A stretch of 64,000 nt of DNA from Histomonas meleagridis 2922-C6/04-290x (Eukaryota; Protista; Parabasalia): contig JAANOX010000195.1 of assembly GCA_020184695.1 (NCBI GenBank), positions 50,862 through 114,861 on the forward strand. The letters are read 5' to 3'. Below are positions 10,618 through 20,700 of this stretch, piece after piece (positions within the stretch are counted from its first letter, which is position 1; each line of letters starts with the position of its first letter). The position numbers were made by a program, and so were the translations under genes. The notes below the pieces were generated by a model. The model was not told the origin of the DNA, did no database searches, and saw only the letters and a list, made by a program, of their open reading frames with translations.

Positions 10618-11316
10618 TTAAAGCTCGTCATTAAGTTGTGGAAGATAATTAATGACTTCTGTAAGATTATGGACTTCGATCTGTGGATCGTAAATTGTTG
10701 CGGACTTCATATTACCCCTATTGACCCAAATCTTATTTGGCCATTTCATTTCAGCTGCTGGAAATATATCCCACCAGTATCCAGCAGCAACATGTGTATG
10801 GTTATTATGGTCGAAATCAAGTTTTTCATGGACATATTTGAAAAATTCTAAGCGTGGTTTGTAATTTTTAACCTCATCAGCTAAATAAGCAATTTCAAAT
10901 AAATCGCCAAGTGCTTTTCTGTTATTGTCCATAATTGCTTTCATACTATTTGACATCATAGCTATTGTATATCCGCGATTTTTGATTTCAGTAAGGGCCT
11001 CAACAACTTCTGGGAATGGCTTGAGATTATTATATGCATCAATAACACGATCATATGCTTTTTCAAAGCAGTTTGTGTTTAAGTAAATATCTGTCCAAAA
11101 GAGTGCCCTCTGGATTTTGACATCCAAGTCAGCATACTCTTCTCCATACATAACTTCATCTTCAGATGAGGAATATGTATTGGCGGCATTTACTGGATCG
11201 ACATTATTTTCTTTAGCAATTTCCTTGATTCGATCAGTAATTGAACTCATATCAAGGAGTGTTCCATAGACATCAAATGTAACATAATGAATAGCAAGAA
11301 ATGAGAAAATTATCAT
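10618..11316 (-). CDS. HAD-superfamily hydrolase, haloacid dehalogenase type II-like, short hydrophobic leader
   Basis: TFDVYGTL motif I, MMSNS motif II, YKP motif III, HVAAGYWWDI motif IV. Confidence 0.88.
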   Translation of the reverse strand: MIIFSFLAIHYVTFDVYGTLLDMSSITDRIKEIAKENNVDPVNAANTYSSSEDEVMYGEEYADLDVKIQRALFWTDIYLNTNCFEKAYDRVIDAYNNLKPFPEVVEALTEIKNRGYTIAMMSNSMKAIMDNNRKALGDLFEIAYLADEVKNYKPRLEFFKYVHEKLDFDHNNHTHVAAGYWWDIFPAAEMKWPNKIWVNRGNMKSATIYDPQIEVHNLTEVINYLPQLNDEL

Positions 11317-11516
11317 TGAATTAAAAATTTTAATGGTTCGTTACCGATATTAAAGTCAAGTGACTTAACGTCTTTTTTCGGTTAATGATATTATTTTTTT
11401 TAGAAAAAGATTACAGTAAAAATATGATTCTAATTAACTTTTAATGTTTAACCAAATACCTTTTTCTTCTTTTGAGAACAAAAACCTTTTTTTAAGACTT
11501 TACATTCTTTAATTAT

Positions 11517-12353
11517 TTAAACATCTCTTGAGACGAGTGCACTTGTATTTAAGGACTCATATCCTTGCTTTCTCTTTCGCAACATAACAACTAATACAAT
11601 GACCACAATAATGATTACGACAGCACCAATGCATAAGCCAACTAATAACCATGGGAAAGATTTTGGATTTTCCAACTCTGGAAGGAATTCAAGTGCCGCA
11701 GTTAGATTGGAGACGACATGGTAAGGCTCGAAACGTGATGAGACACCTTCACCTGCACGATTAACCCAAATCTTTGTCCAGTTCATTTCGTTAGCAGGAA
11801 ATATATCTGCCCAAATACCTTGAGCAATGTGTGTATGACCGTTGTGATCAAAGTCAAGTTTTTGATGTACATATCTGAAAAATTGGAGATTTGGCTTGAA
11901 AGCTTTAGATTCGTCTGCTAAAACAGCCATATCAAGGACATCACCAAGAGCTTTTCTGTTGAAATCCATAAGTGAGGTAACAGAATTTGACATGGCAACA
12001 AGTGTATATCCTCTCCTTTTCATTTCTTTAAGGGCATCAATGACTTCTGGGAATGGCTTGTATTCATTGTATGTTTGTATTATTCGATCATAAGATTTTT
12101 CGAAACAATCAGAATTCATGTTTAAATCTGTCCAGAAAAGAGCTTTTTTAAGTTTTTGATCCCAATCTGCATATTCTTCACCCCATACAACGCGTCCTTC
12201 ACAATTTGAATATGTTGTTGCGGCTAATTCAGGATCCAAACCATTTTCACGTGCAATTGCTTTAATTGTTTGACTTTTTGTGCTAATGTTTAAAAGCGTT
12301 CCATATATATCAAATGTGACATAATGAATAAGTAAAAAGGAGAAGATAATCAT
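11517..12353 (-). CDS. HAD-superfamily hydrolase, tandem paralog with C-terminal TM anchor
   Basis: TFDIYGTL, MSNS, FKP, HIAQGIWADI; clearly paralogous to 10618..11316; TM WLLVGLCIGAVVIIIVVIVLVVML then RKRK. Confidence 0.88.
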   Translation of the reverse strand: MIIFSFLLIHYVTFDIYGTLLNISTKSQTIKAIARENGLDPELAATTYSNCEGRVVWGEEYADWDQKLKKALFWTDLNMNSDCFEKSYDRIIQTYNEYKPFPEVIDALKEMKRRGYTLVAMSNSVTSLMDFNRKALGDVLDMAVLADESKAFKPNLQFFRYVHQKLDFDHNGHTHIAQGIWADIFPANEMNWTKIWVNRAGEGVSSRFEPYHVVSNLTAALEFLPELENPKSFPWLLVGLCIGAVVIIIVVIVLVVMLRKRKQGYESLNTSALVSRDV

Positions 12354-12534
12354 CGAAAATGGTTAATGTTTACTTTCAATACATCAGTTAAGGAGAATAA
12401 CCGTTTCATGGCGACCGTTACACCTTAGAAATCATTCAATGCCAAGCCGTTAGTTTTATCTGAAAAGTTTTTATTGCCCTACTGAAAATCGTATCGGATA
12501 TTTCAAAAATTTGAGTAAATTTGAGATGGTCTTG

Positions 12535-14670
12535 CTAGATGAATCCGAAGCCTTCAGTATGGGTAATAGCAATTAAAACCTTCTTTTTCATTTCTGCTTT
12601 AGTTCTATAGCAAGGCAAGGTGAAGATACTAAAGCACGTATGAGAAGTTGGCAACAATTTTGTATTTGTTGATTTTTGTATTGTAATTATAACATTTGCC
12701 AAACCACCCAAAGGAACTCCATCAGTACCAGTTGTAAACTGCAGGAACTTTGATTTCATTTCATCGTTTAATTCATCAAATATTTCCCAAAACCAAATAA
12801 CTTGCTTTGATTTAGGCGTATATCCATCACTATACTTTGCGTTTTGCTTTAATGCGTTCCAATCCAAAACTTTTTCTCCACTTGCCAATATATCTATTTC
12901 ATCTGGAGTAAACATTTCGAAGAATTTTCCATGGCATAACTTAGTAAACCCATCATAGAACGCATTAAACGAAGATTCTATTGATTTGTTTGTATACCAA
13001 TCCAAATATTTTTCGATATAAATTTCTACGTTTTCATTTGTCACATCGATATTATCTCCATTTTCGATCAAATTTACTTCTTTTTTATTCCCGAACACGT
13101 CAATTGTTGCTGTAAAGTTCAACATCAAGTCAGAAATATCTTCACCATCTTCTTTCATCTTTAACATTTGTTGAAAACTCTTTACTACACTTTCATTAAT
13201 TTCCATCATATCATTTAAAGTTATTTTATAATGTAATATTTTCTTATATAAAAGTAATGGGAATCTAATTGGTAATATAATACTATTATATATTGCAATT
13301 GATATAACTTTCCCAAGTGTTTGGAATGTTCGTTGATCTTCATACGAAACTGGATTAAACCAATAATACTTATTATTAATCAATGTAAACATTCCATAGT
13401 CTGGAGAAAATAATTTCCCCATTAATAAATGGAAATATTCACGTGATACTCCTCCTGCATCATAACCTGATTCACCTCGAAATTGTACCATTAATTTACG
13501 TGCTAAATGTGACTCCGGAATACTTTCGAGTTGTCGAATAGTATCTTCAACAATATGATCTCTTCGAACTTCAATGTTTAAATGAAGCTGTCGAACAAAA
13601 TCATCCGAAACTCGTCCGCCGTTCATGAAAAATGTGTTTAAGTTCTCAAAGACTGCTCGCGTCATGTTTTGTTCTTGTAAACTTTCTTGATATATATGGA
13701 AAAGTTCGTTTTTAAGTTTCATGGATAACACTGCTGGATATGTAAAAAATGGTGAGTTGCTTTGACTAAATAAACTTTTGGCATCAAAACATTCGGAAAA
13801 AACATCGTTAATAAAGTCAATGGAATGAAATGGTGGCGTGCATTGGAATGCTGATTTGTTGCGAAGATTCGTGAAAAACTCTGAAAAAGTGAAGAAAAGT
13901 GACGCGTTCGGATTGATGGGCTCGTTTTGGAGAATGTACAACGTTAAAAGGTTTTGGCTGATATTGATAATGTGACGAATGACGCGTGGAAGCTTTTGAA
14001 GTGAGGCGTAAAATATATCTTGAATTTCTTTAGATAATCGATTGATATGTGCTAAGATTGATATAAAAGTCGTTTCAAATTGTTCATATTCATAAAAATT
14101 ACCAAAAATAAGAAGGAGAATTAAACCTCGGATATGAAGAAATGTGTCTGTTGGGGATGAAAGAAATGATTTGACCATGTGAAGAAAAGATTGTTGAACA
14201 AATGAAAAGAGTGATGCCTCATGTTGCATTGCTATGACAAAATCATCAATAGTTTCGTCATCTATTGCAATGTTGAGATGAGATAATCGATCTTTATTTG
14301 AACGAAGGATATGAGGAAAGAGTTTATAATCAGAAAGAACTTCATTAATAAATACGATAGTGCAATCCTTAGATTGGTGTAGTTGTTGTCTTCTAATAAG
14401 TGCCATTATTGTATCATCAAATCTTTTGATATGACCTAGAAGAATTGGATCATACACGAAATTTTTCATGCCATCACAAAGTGTTGGATTTATATTATAA
14501 TTTAAAACAGATATAATTGCTTGTTTTGCAGCTTCATCTGGATTTTTAAATTTTTTTGCAAAAGATGGACAAGATCTGCAATCACCATTCTGACAATAAA
14601 TGCGACCACAACCTTCTGTATATTGATAAAAGTATAAAGCAATAAGTTTTTCTACATTTTTTTCATCCAT
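12535..14670 (-). CDS. HECT E3 ubiquitin ligase with N-terminal AZUL-like zinc finger (UBE3A-like architecture)
   Basis: YFYQYTEGCGRIYCQNGDCRSC at N-terminus; FRGESGYDAGGVSREYF, FLQFTTG, LPTSHTCF catalytic Cys. Confidence 0.93.
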   Translation of the reverse strand: MDEKNVEKLIALYFYQYTEGCGRIYCQNGDCRSCPSFAKKFKNPDEAAKQAIISVLNYNINPTLCDGMKNFVYDPILLGHIKRFDDTIMALIRRQQLHQSKDCTIVFINEVLSDYKLFPHILRSNKDRLSHLNIAIDDETIDDFVIAMQHEASLFSFVQQSFLHMVKSFLSSPTDTFLHIRGLILLLIFGNFYEYEQFETTFISILAHINRLSKEIQDIFYASLQKLPRVIRHIINISQNLLTLYILQNEPINPNASLFFTFSEFFTNLRNKSAFQCTPPFHSIDFINDVFSECFDAKSLFSQSNSPFFTYPAVLSMKLKNELFHIYQESLQEQNMTRAVFENLNTFFMNGGRVSDDFVRQLHLNIEVRRDHIVEDTIRQLESIPESHLARKLMVQFRGESGYDAGGVSREYFHLLMGKLFSPDYGMFTLINNKYYWFNPVSYEDQRTFQTLGKVISIAIYNSIILPIRFPLLLYKKILHYKITLNDMMEINESVVKSFQQMLKMKEDGEDISDLMLNFTATIDVFGNKKEVNLIENGDNIDVTNENVEIYIEKYLDWYTNKSIESSFNAFYDGFTKLCHGKFFEMFTPDEIDILASGEKVLDWNALKQNAKYSDGYTPKSKQVIWFWEIFDELNDEMKSKFLQFTTGTDGVPLGGLANVIITIQKSTNTKLLPTSHTCFSIFTLPCYRTKAEMKKKVLIAITHTEGFGFI

Positions 14671-14788
14671 TCAACAGATTTTGGTGATAAAATAAACTGT
14701 AGAAAAAGTGGGAACTGACTCAACAAATTCTCCAAAAAAATGTTTAAAAAAAAATAAAGGAAAAAACATGTTTAAATTTATTTATACA

Positions 14789-17700
14789 TTATATCCATGA
14801 GTACGCATAAGGTAACTCATTATGCGAATTTTCAGCGCAATCGATTATATGTTCAAGTAACGCGAACGGGAAAGGGTCATCAGTTTTATCTGTTTCTTCT
14901 GCCTCGATTGGAGCCATTAATTCAATTCTATTTATTATTTTTCCTATTATTTCATTCTCATTCAATAGAGAACCCAATAATACTCTAATATAATCGATAT
15001 TTCTTTCAAATGCTAATGGTATCACGTTCCAAGTTGTCGAGAAAGTTCCATTTAATATATATTTCGGCGTCAATTTCATCAAAGCCTTTGTTACGGGGAT
15101 TTGAGGTATTTTATTAAAATCGGATTTTATGAAACCAGGAACGCATGTTTTCATACAATCATCGAAGAAGCAAAGATTTGGTAACACATTTAATGACGAA
15201 TTAAAAACGAATCTTAAAACAGAAAATAAACCCAAATTAGACATAAAACTTTGTCTCATGAAAAGGAAATTTGCTTTTGATCCATCACATCTATTTAAGA
15301 AGAAGTTAACAATATAATTTCGATCAGTTTTAATTTTAATTTTATTCTTTGTTGATAAAGGAGAAGAATCTTTATGAATATCTTTTTTATATGCCTTTAA
15401 AAATAATAAAGAAATGTTATCATTTATCATTGTGATTTGAGTTCGTAAAGAAGAAGAATGTACTAATGAAAGAAAAGGATGTATTAAATAAGTCATTGGA
15501 TAAAACATAAAATGACTTCTTAACTTTGATGATTGACATTTCTCAATATATTTAGTAATTCCTAATATAAACAAATATTCTCGATAAGTTAATTGATATA
15601 AACGTGATGAAACAAGCATTATTTGTTTTAATTCGCCACGAACAGTAATGAATTTTAATTGCGTTTCATTAACTCCATCACTTTGTACATATGCATGTAT
15701 AATATTACTATTAATAGCCGGGAATTTTAATCCTGCTTGATAAGATAATTGGATTTTAGTATTATTTGTCTTTAATATTGGTTGATTATCTTTAAGGAAA
15801 ATTGCCTTTTGTTTAAGTTCATTATAATTATTAATATCATATTTATTTTTATAAAGTGACTTATAGAACTTAATATGATTTATTGCATTATTATCTAATG
15901 TTTTAATATCTTCTTCAATGTCATCAATCCAATTAAATATCTTTTGTAAATCAGATTGCGTATGATTTTCTTTACTATTCTTTATACGTAATAAGAATTC
16001 ATCAATTTGATGAAATTCAGTATTTAAATTACTATTTTTTATATGTTTTATTGTGATCAAAAATAAAGAAGGATGACTTTTATATAACAAAAACAAAAAT
16101 TCCGATGGAATCGCTTTACATATTTCAAAAATAGGTTGTAACCAACGTAAAAAGAATGGCAAAAATGGATCTGTTATAAAGTTATTTAAAAAATCTGTTT
16201 CGAAAAACTTATGATAAGCATTATTTTGTTTTACAATACTTATAGCTAACGTTATAAAAAGAGTAGCAGAATCTGTTGATAATATTAATTGTCCTTGAAT
16301 TGTCTTAAAAATAGTTTTAATATTAATACATTGAGGGAATTTACGTATCAAATTAATAACAACAAAATACCATTGTTTACTAAGTTTACCATTTTTATAA
16401 AATGTTGGAAAACTTTGATAATTACCTAAAATTAAATTACATTGACTTTGTAAGTTTTGAAACCATTTTGTTTGTGCATATACTAAGGAGTTCTGTAAAA
16501 ATAATAATATCGATGGAAGAATATGTTTTTTTACATGTAAAGGTTTATTTTGTGATATATTTCGATATTGTTTTAAAGCAGAATGTGTTGCGCCAGATTT
16601 AAGTAATAAACGAATAAATACATTTAAATTATTAATTAAAACTTCTTGAGATTGTTGTTTAATGTTTTGAGTTGATGAAGGATCATTAGGAATATTACCA
16701 CCAATGTTCCCAATATTAGTAATATTACTCCCTTCAATACGTTGACAAAATGAAATTCTTAATGATAACATCGAAGATAATGCAGTTTGCATATCTAAAG
16801 CTTTCATCCAGAAATATTTTGATTTAGTAGATATTGTTGCACTATTCGGAAGACTTCTTTGTTGTAATATTTGTAAAGCAACATTAAATTCATCATTTAA
16901 AGCAATATATAATATATAAGGTAAATAAGTTTGTGATAAATATGTAGTTAAATCTGGAGGATTATTTGTTTGATTTGGTAATATAGTTGGGATATTTAAT
17001 GAAGATTGTTGAAAAAATAATGAAAATGGTAATTTAAATTCATTATTATTACTATTAGGTTTTCGTGTTACAAATTTCTCATATAAATCAGTAGTAAATG
17101 GTAATGATAAATTAATTGATATCTTCATTAACTCGATTAAAGAATAAAAATATGTATTATAATCTTTATCCATTTCATTTAAAAAATATGACTTAGCTGC
17201 ACGATAATGTGTTAATTGTAAATATGATGAAGCTATATAAAGATTTTTAAACTTAGTCTTTAATAACCCTAATGAATCATCAATATAATTTCTGGAGTTT
17301 AAATATTCCATATTTTTAATTAATGTGTTTTGACATAAAGGTAAACCTAAAATTCGTGATTTAGTTTGCCAGATACAATATGATAAACCTGTATTAGGAT
17401 AAACATTAATATAATATTCAAAAAATCGATTAATTTTAGATCGTTCATTTAAATTAGATATGACAATTGAAACAGTTTCTATTAAATCTGTTTCATGAAA
17501 TGTTAATATATGTTCAACTAAATTATTAGGTAATAAAAGTCGCAAGAAAATTACCAAATGATAAAATTCATTATATTGTCCCCAATTAAAATTCCAACAA
17601 TCATTTATAAAGTCATTACTTTGTGTGATAAATATATTTGAAATTGCTAAATTATTTCGACAAAACATTTCTTCATCTTGATTTTCAAATTGGAACTCAT

Positions 17701-20700
17701 TAAGAATTAAATTTTTTATATAAGTTAATACATAATTATTCACTGGTACTTTTAATGAATAAATCATTGTTCTAAACTGAGTTTTAGTCATAGGTTTAAA
17801 TGCCTTAAGAAATGATTTTAATTGGAAAAGTGTTTGTAAATTAGTAATTTCTGATATCCATTGTGATATTGTAGTGAATGGTGTACCAAAAGGTTCTGAT
17901 ATTGGTTCATTTTTATTTTTATTTAATATTAATTGATATAATTCTTCAAAAATCTTATTTTCAATTGTAAATTCTTGATATAAATTAATCGATTGAACTG
18001 CTTTTTGATAAAATGGTAATAAATCTTTAAAATGATTCGATGCTAAAATCGCTTTAGGTGATAATGTCTTTAATACTGTTGGCGTTGATTCATTTTGTAT
18101 TATTAATAATCGTGCTAATGATGATATTAATTGATAAAAAAACTTTAGAAGTTGTATGTTTTTAGTTTGATTTTCTTTAAGTTCATTTGATAAAATATTT
18201 TTAATCCTTGCAATTAAATCAAATTCAATTGGATTTATTTCTAAATCTACATTTTTCACATATTCTTCAATCGTTTCATGATCAAATCCAACTGAAAATA
18301 CTTGATCAGGAAATCGTTCATATACTGTTAAAATCATTTGAAGATTTACTTCAAATAAACGATTAGAAAAATTTTTATTTAGATGTAAACGTTTACATGC
18401 GTAAGTTAAAAAATATAATGAACGTTCAAATACATTAATTTTATTAAATATATTAAATGTAATATTAGTTAATATTAAGTTACAATATTGATCATTATTA
18501 TAATCAGCGAAATGTGTAATTTGAAATATTTTATTAAATTTATTGGGAACTGTTTTATAAAACATTTGTGTACGAGTTAAATAATGAATCATTAAATTCG
18601 TAAATTCTTCTGATGATATTATTTCATTTTTTGTATTTAAAAGTATATTACATACATGTAACATATGTGAAAATGAATGAAATTTTTTATCATTGATACC
18701 ATAGATAATAGATAATGCATAAGATGAAGGACATGAATAAATAAATGGACATTTTTGAAAATCAGGAATATTAACATTTTTAATAAAACCTGCAGAAGTT
18801 ATAATCGTATTTAAAAAATATGCTTGAAATGCTGTAAGATTATTTAAATCATCAAAATTAACATTAAATTGATATTCTGTTTCAAAAGGAAATGTTTTAA
18901 ATTTATCAATCATTAAATGATAAATAAATGCTTTTTCATATGCATTATTATATTGTAATGTTGGAATTATATTATAAATAATTTTTTGGACATTTGGTTC
19001 AAGTTTTTTAACAAATCCTAAAAAATATATCAAAAAAATCGGATGATGAAATATATTTGTACATGAAATTATTAATGGTAAAATATTATATAATAAATTA
19101 TTTAATAATTCTGAATCAATTGTATAAAAATTTATGAAATTCATTGGTAAAAATATTTTTTGGAATCCTAATAATACAGAAGGTGTATAAGTTAAAATTT
19201 TATCATTAGATTGTGTTAACTTTTTTATTAATTCAATGGAAATATTTTGTAACAATAAAATATTTATATCATCTTCTTTAAATTTATCAATAGAATTACT
19301 AATAATAGATAAACATCTTGATTTTAAATAATTTAAATCAATTTTTGGTATTTTCTTAATAAAATCGATAAAATTATCCAAATTTTTATATAACTTGTTT
19401 AAACATATATCTCTAAATTTAGGTAATTTAATATCAAAAATTAAATTAAATAATAAAATTATATATTCGAAATTATTTGATTTCTTTAAATATATAATAA
19501 ATATATTTAATACCATTTCAGGCATTGAATCAACAAATATATTAATCGGTAAACTTAAAGGTATTCTAGAAGATTGTGGTGAAATAGTTAAATCAATAGA
19601 AGCTGAGATACAACTTGTTAAATTAATTTTTTCATCTTTTTCATGAATATTTTTAATGAACAAAAACAATTCTGTTGATAAAGATTTGATAAAATTTGAA
19701 TTTTGTTGTGATAATTTACATAAAAAAGCTTGAATCCATAAAACAATTTCATGTGTAGGTATAACTTTAGAATGTGAAAACAAAAATCGAAATATTATTA
19801 TATCATCACATTGACAAGGATTTTGTGGCATTCTATTCGAAGTACCGAAAATATTTAATATTTCATTTGGTAAAGATTGAATTATTTTATTTTCATCAAG
19901 TAATTTATCAATAACTTTAATAAAATAATTAATAAAAGATCTAAATTTCTCTGATTTTAATGTTTTAAATAATTTCTCCCAGATTAAAGTTGATTGATTA
20001 TTCGAAGGCATTTTAATTAAAAATCGAGCTAATAATTTTAAGATGAATTTAGCATTATTAATCGGTATTAATGAAGGTTCTTGATACGTAATATCTTTAA
20101 ATAATATTGATATTTCTTTTGGTATCTTTTCTATCTTTAAATTAGTAAATGTATTTATTAATTTCTCACAAATTTCATATGAATTAGGTATGTTACTATA
20201 ATCTTGATATAACATAAATTGAAATCGATGATAATATTTATAAGTTTGTTCATTCTTAAAAAATTCTGTAAAAAAGCGATTAAATTGATTTTGATTTACA
20301 TATTCGATATGAAGTTCTTTTAAGCCCCAAATTGCTAATTTACGAATTTTCCCAATAAATTGTGTAACTCTCGAATGGAAATGTGAAACAATTTCACGGA
20401 AAATTTCATCATTTTTTGATAAATGTTCAATTTTACTAAATATCTTTGTTTGAATAACATCTTTCACATGCTCAAAATCATACATTGAAGCTTGAAACAA
20501 TGAAGGAATTATAGAACTATATATAGAAGATAAAGGAATTATAGGTAAAATATCATTAATTAATGAAACACTTGTTGATATTAATTTACGATAACTACAT
20601 ATCATTTTACAATGTTCTAAAAAATCAACATAATCATCAATATAATTAATAGGATTTGATTTTTCCCTTAAGTAATGATGTTTTAAAACTAAATATATGT

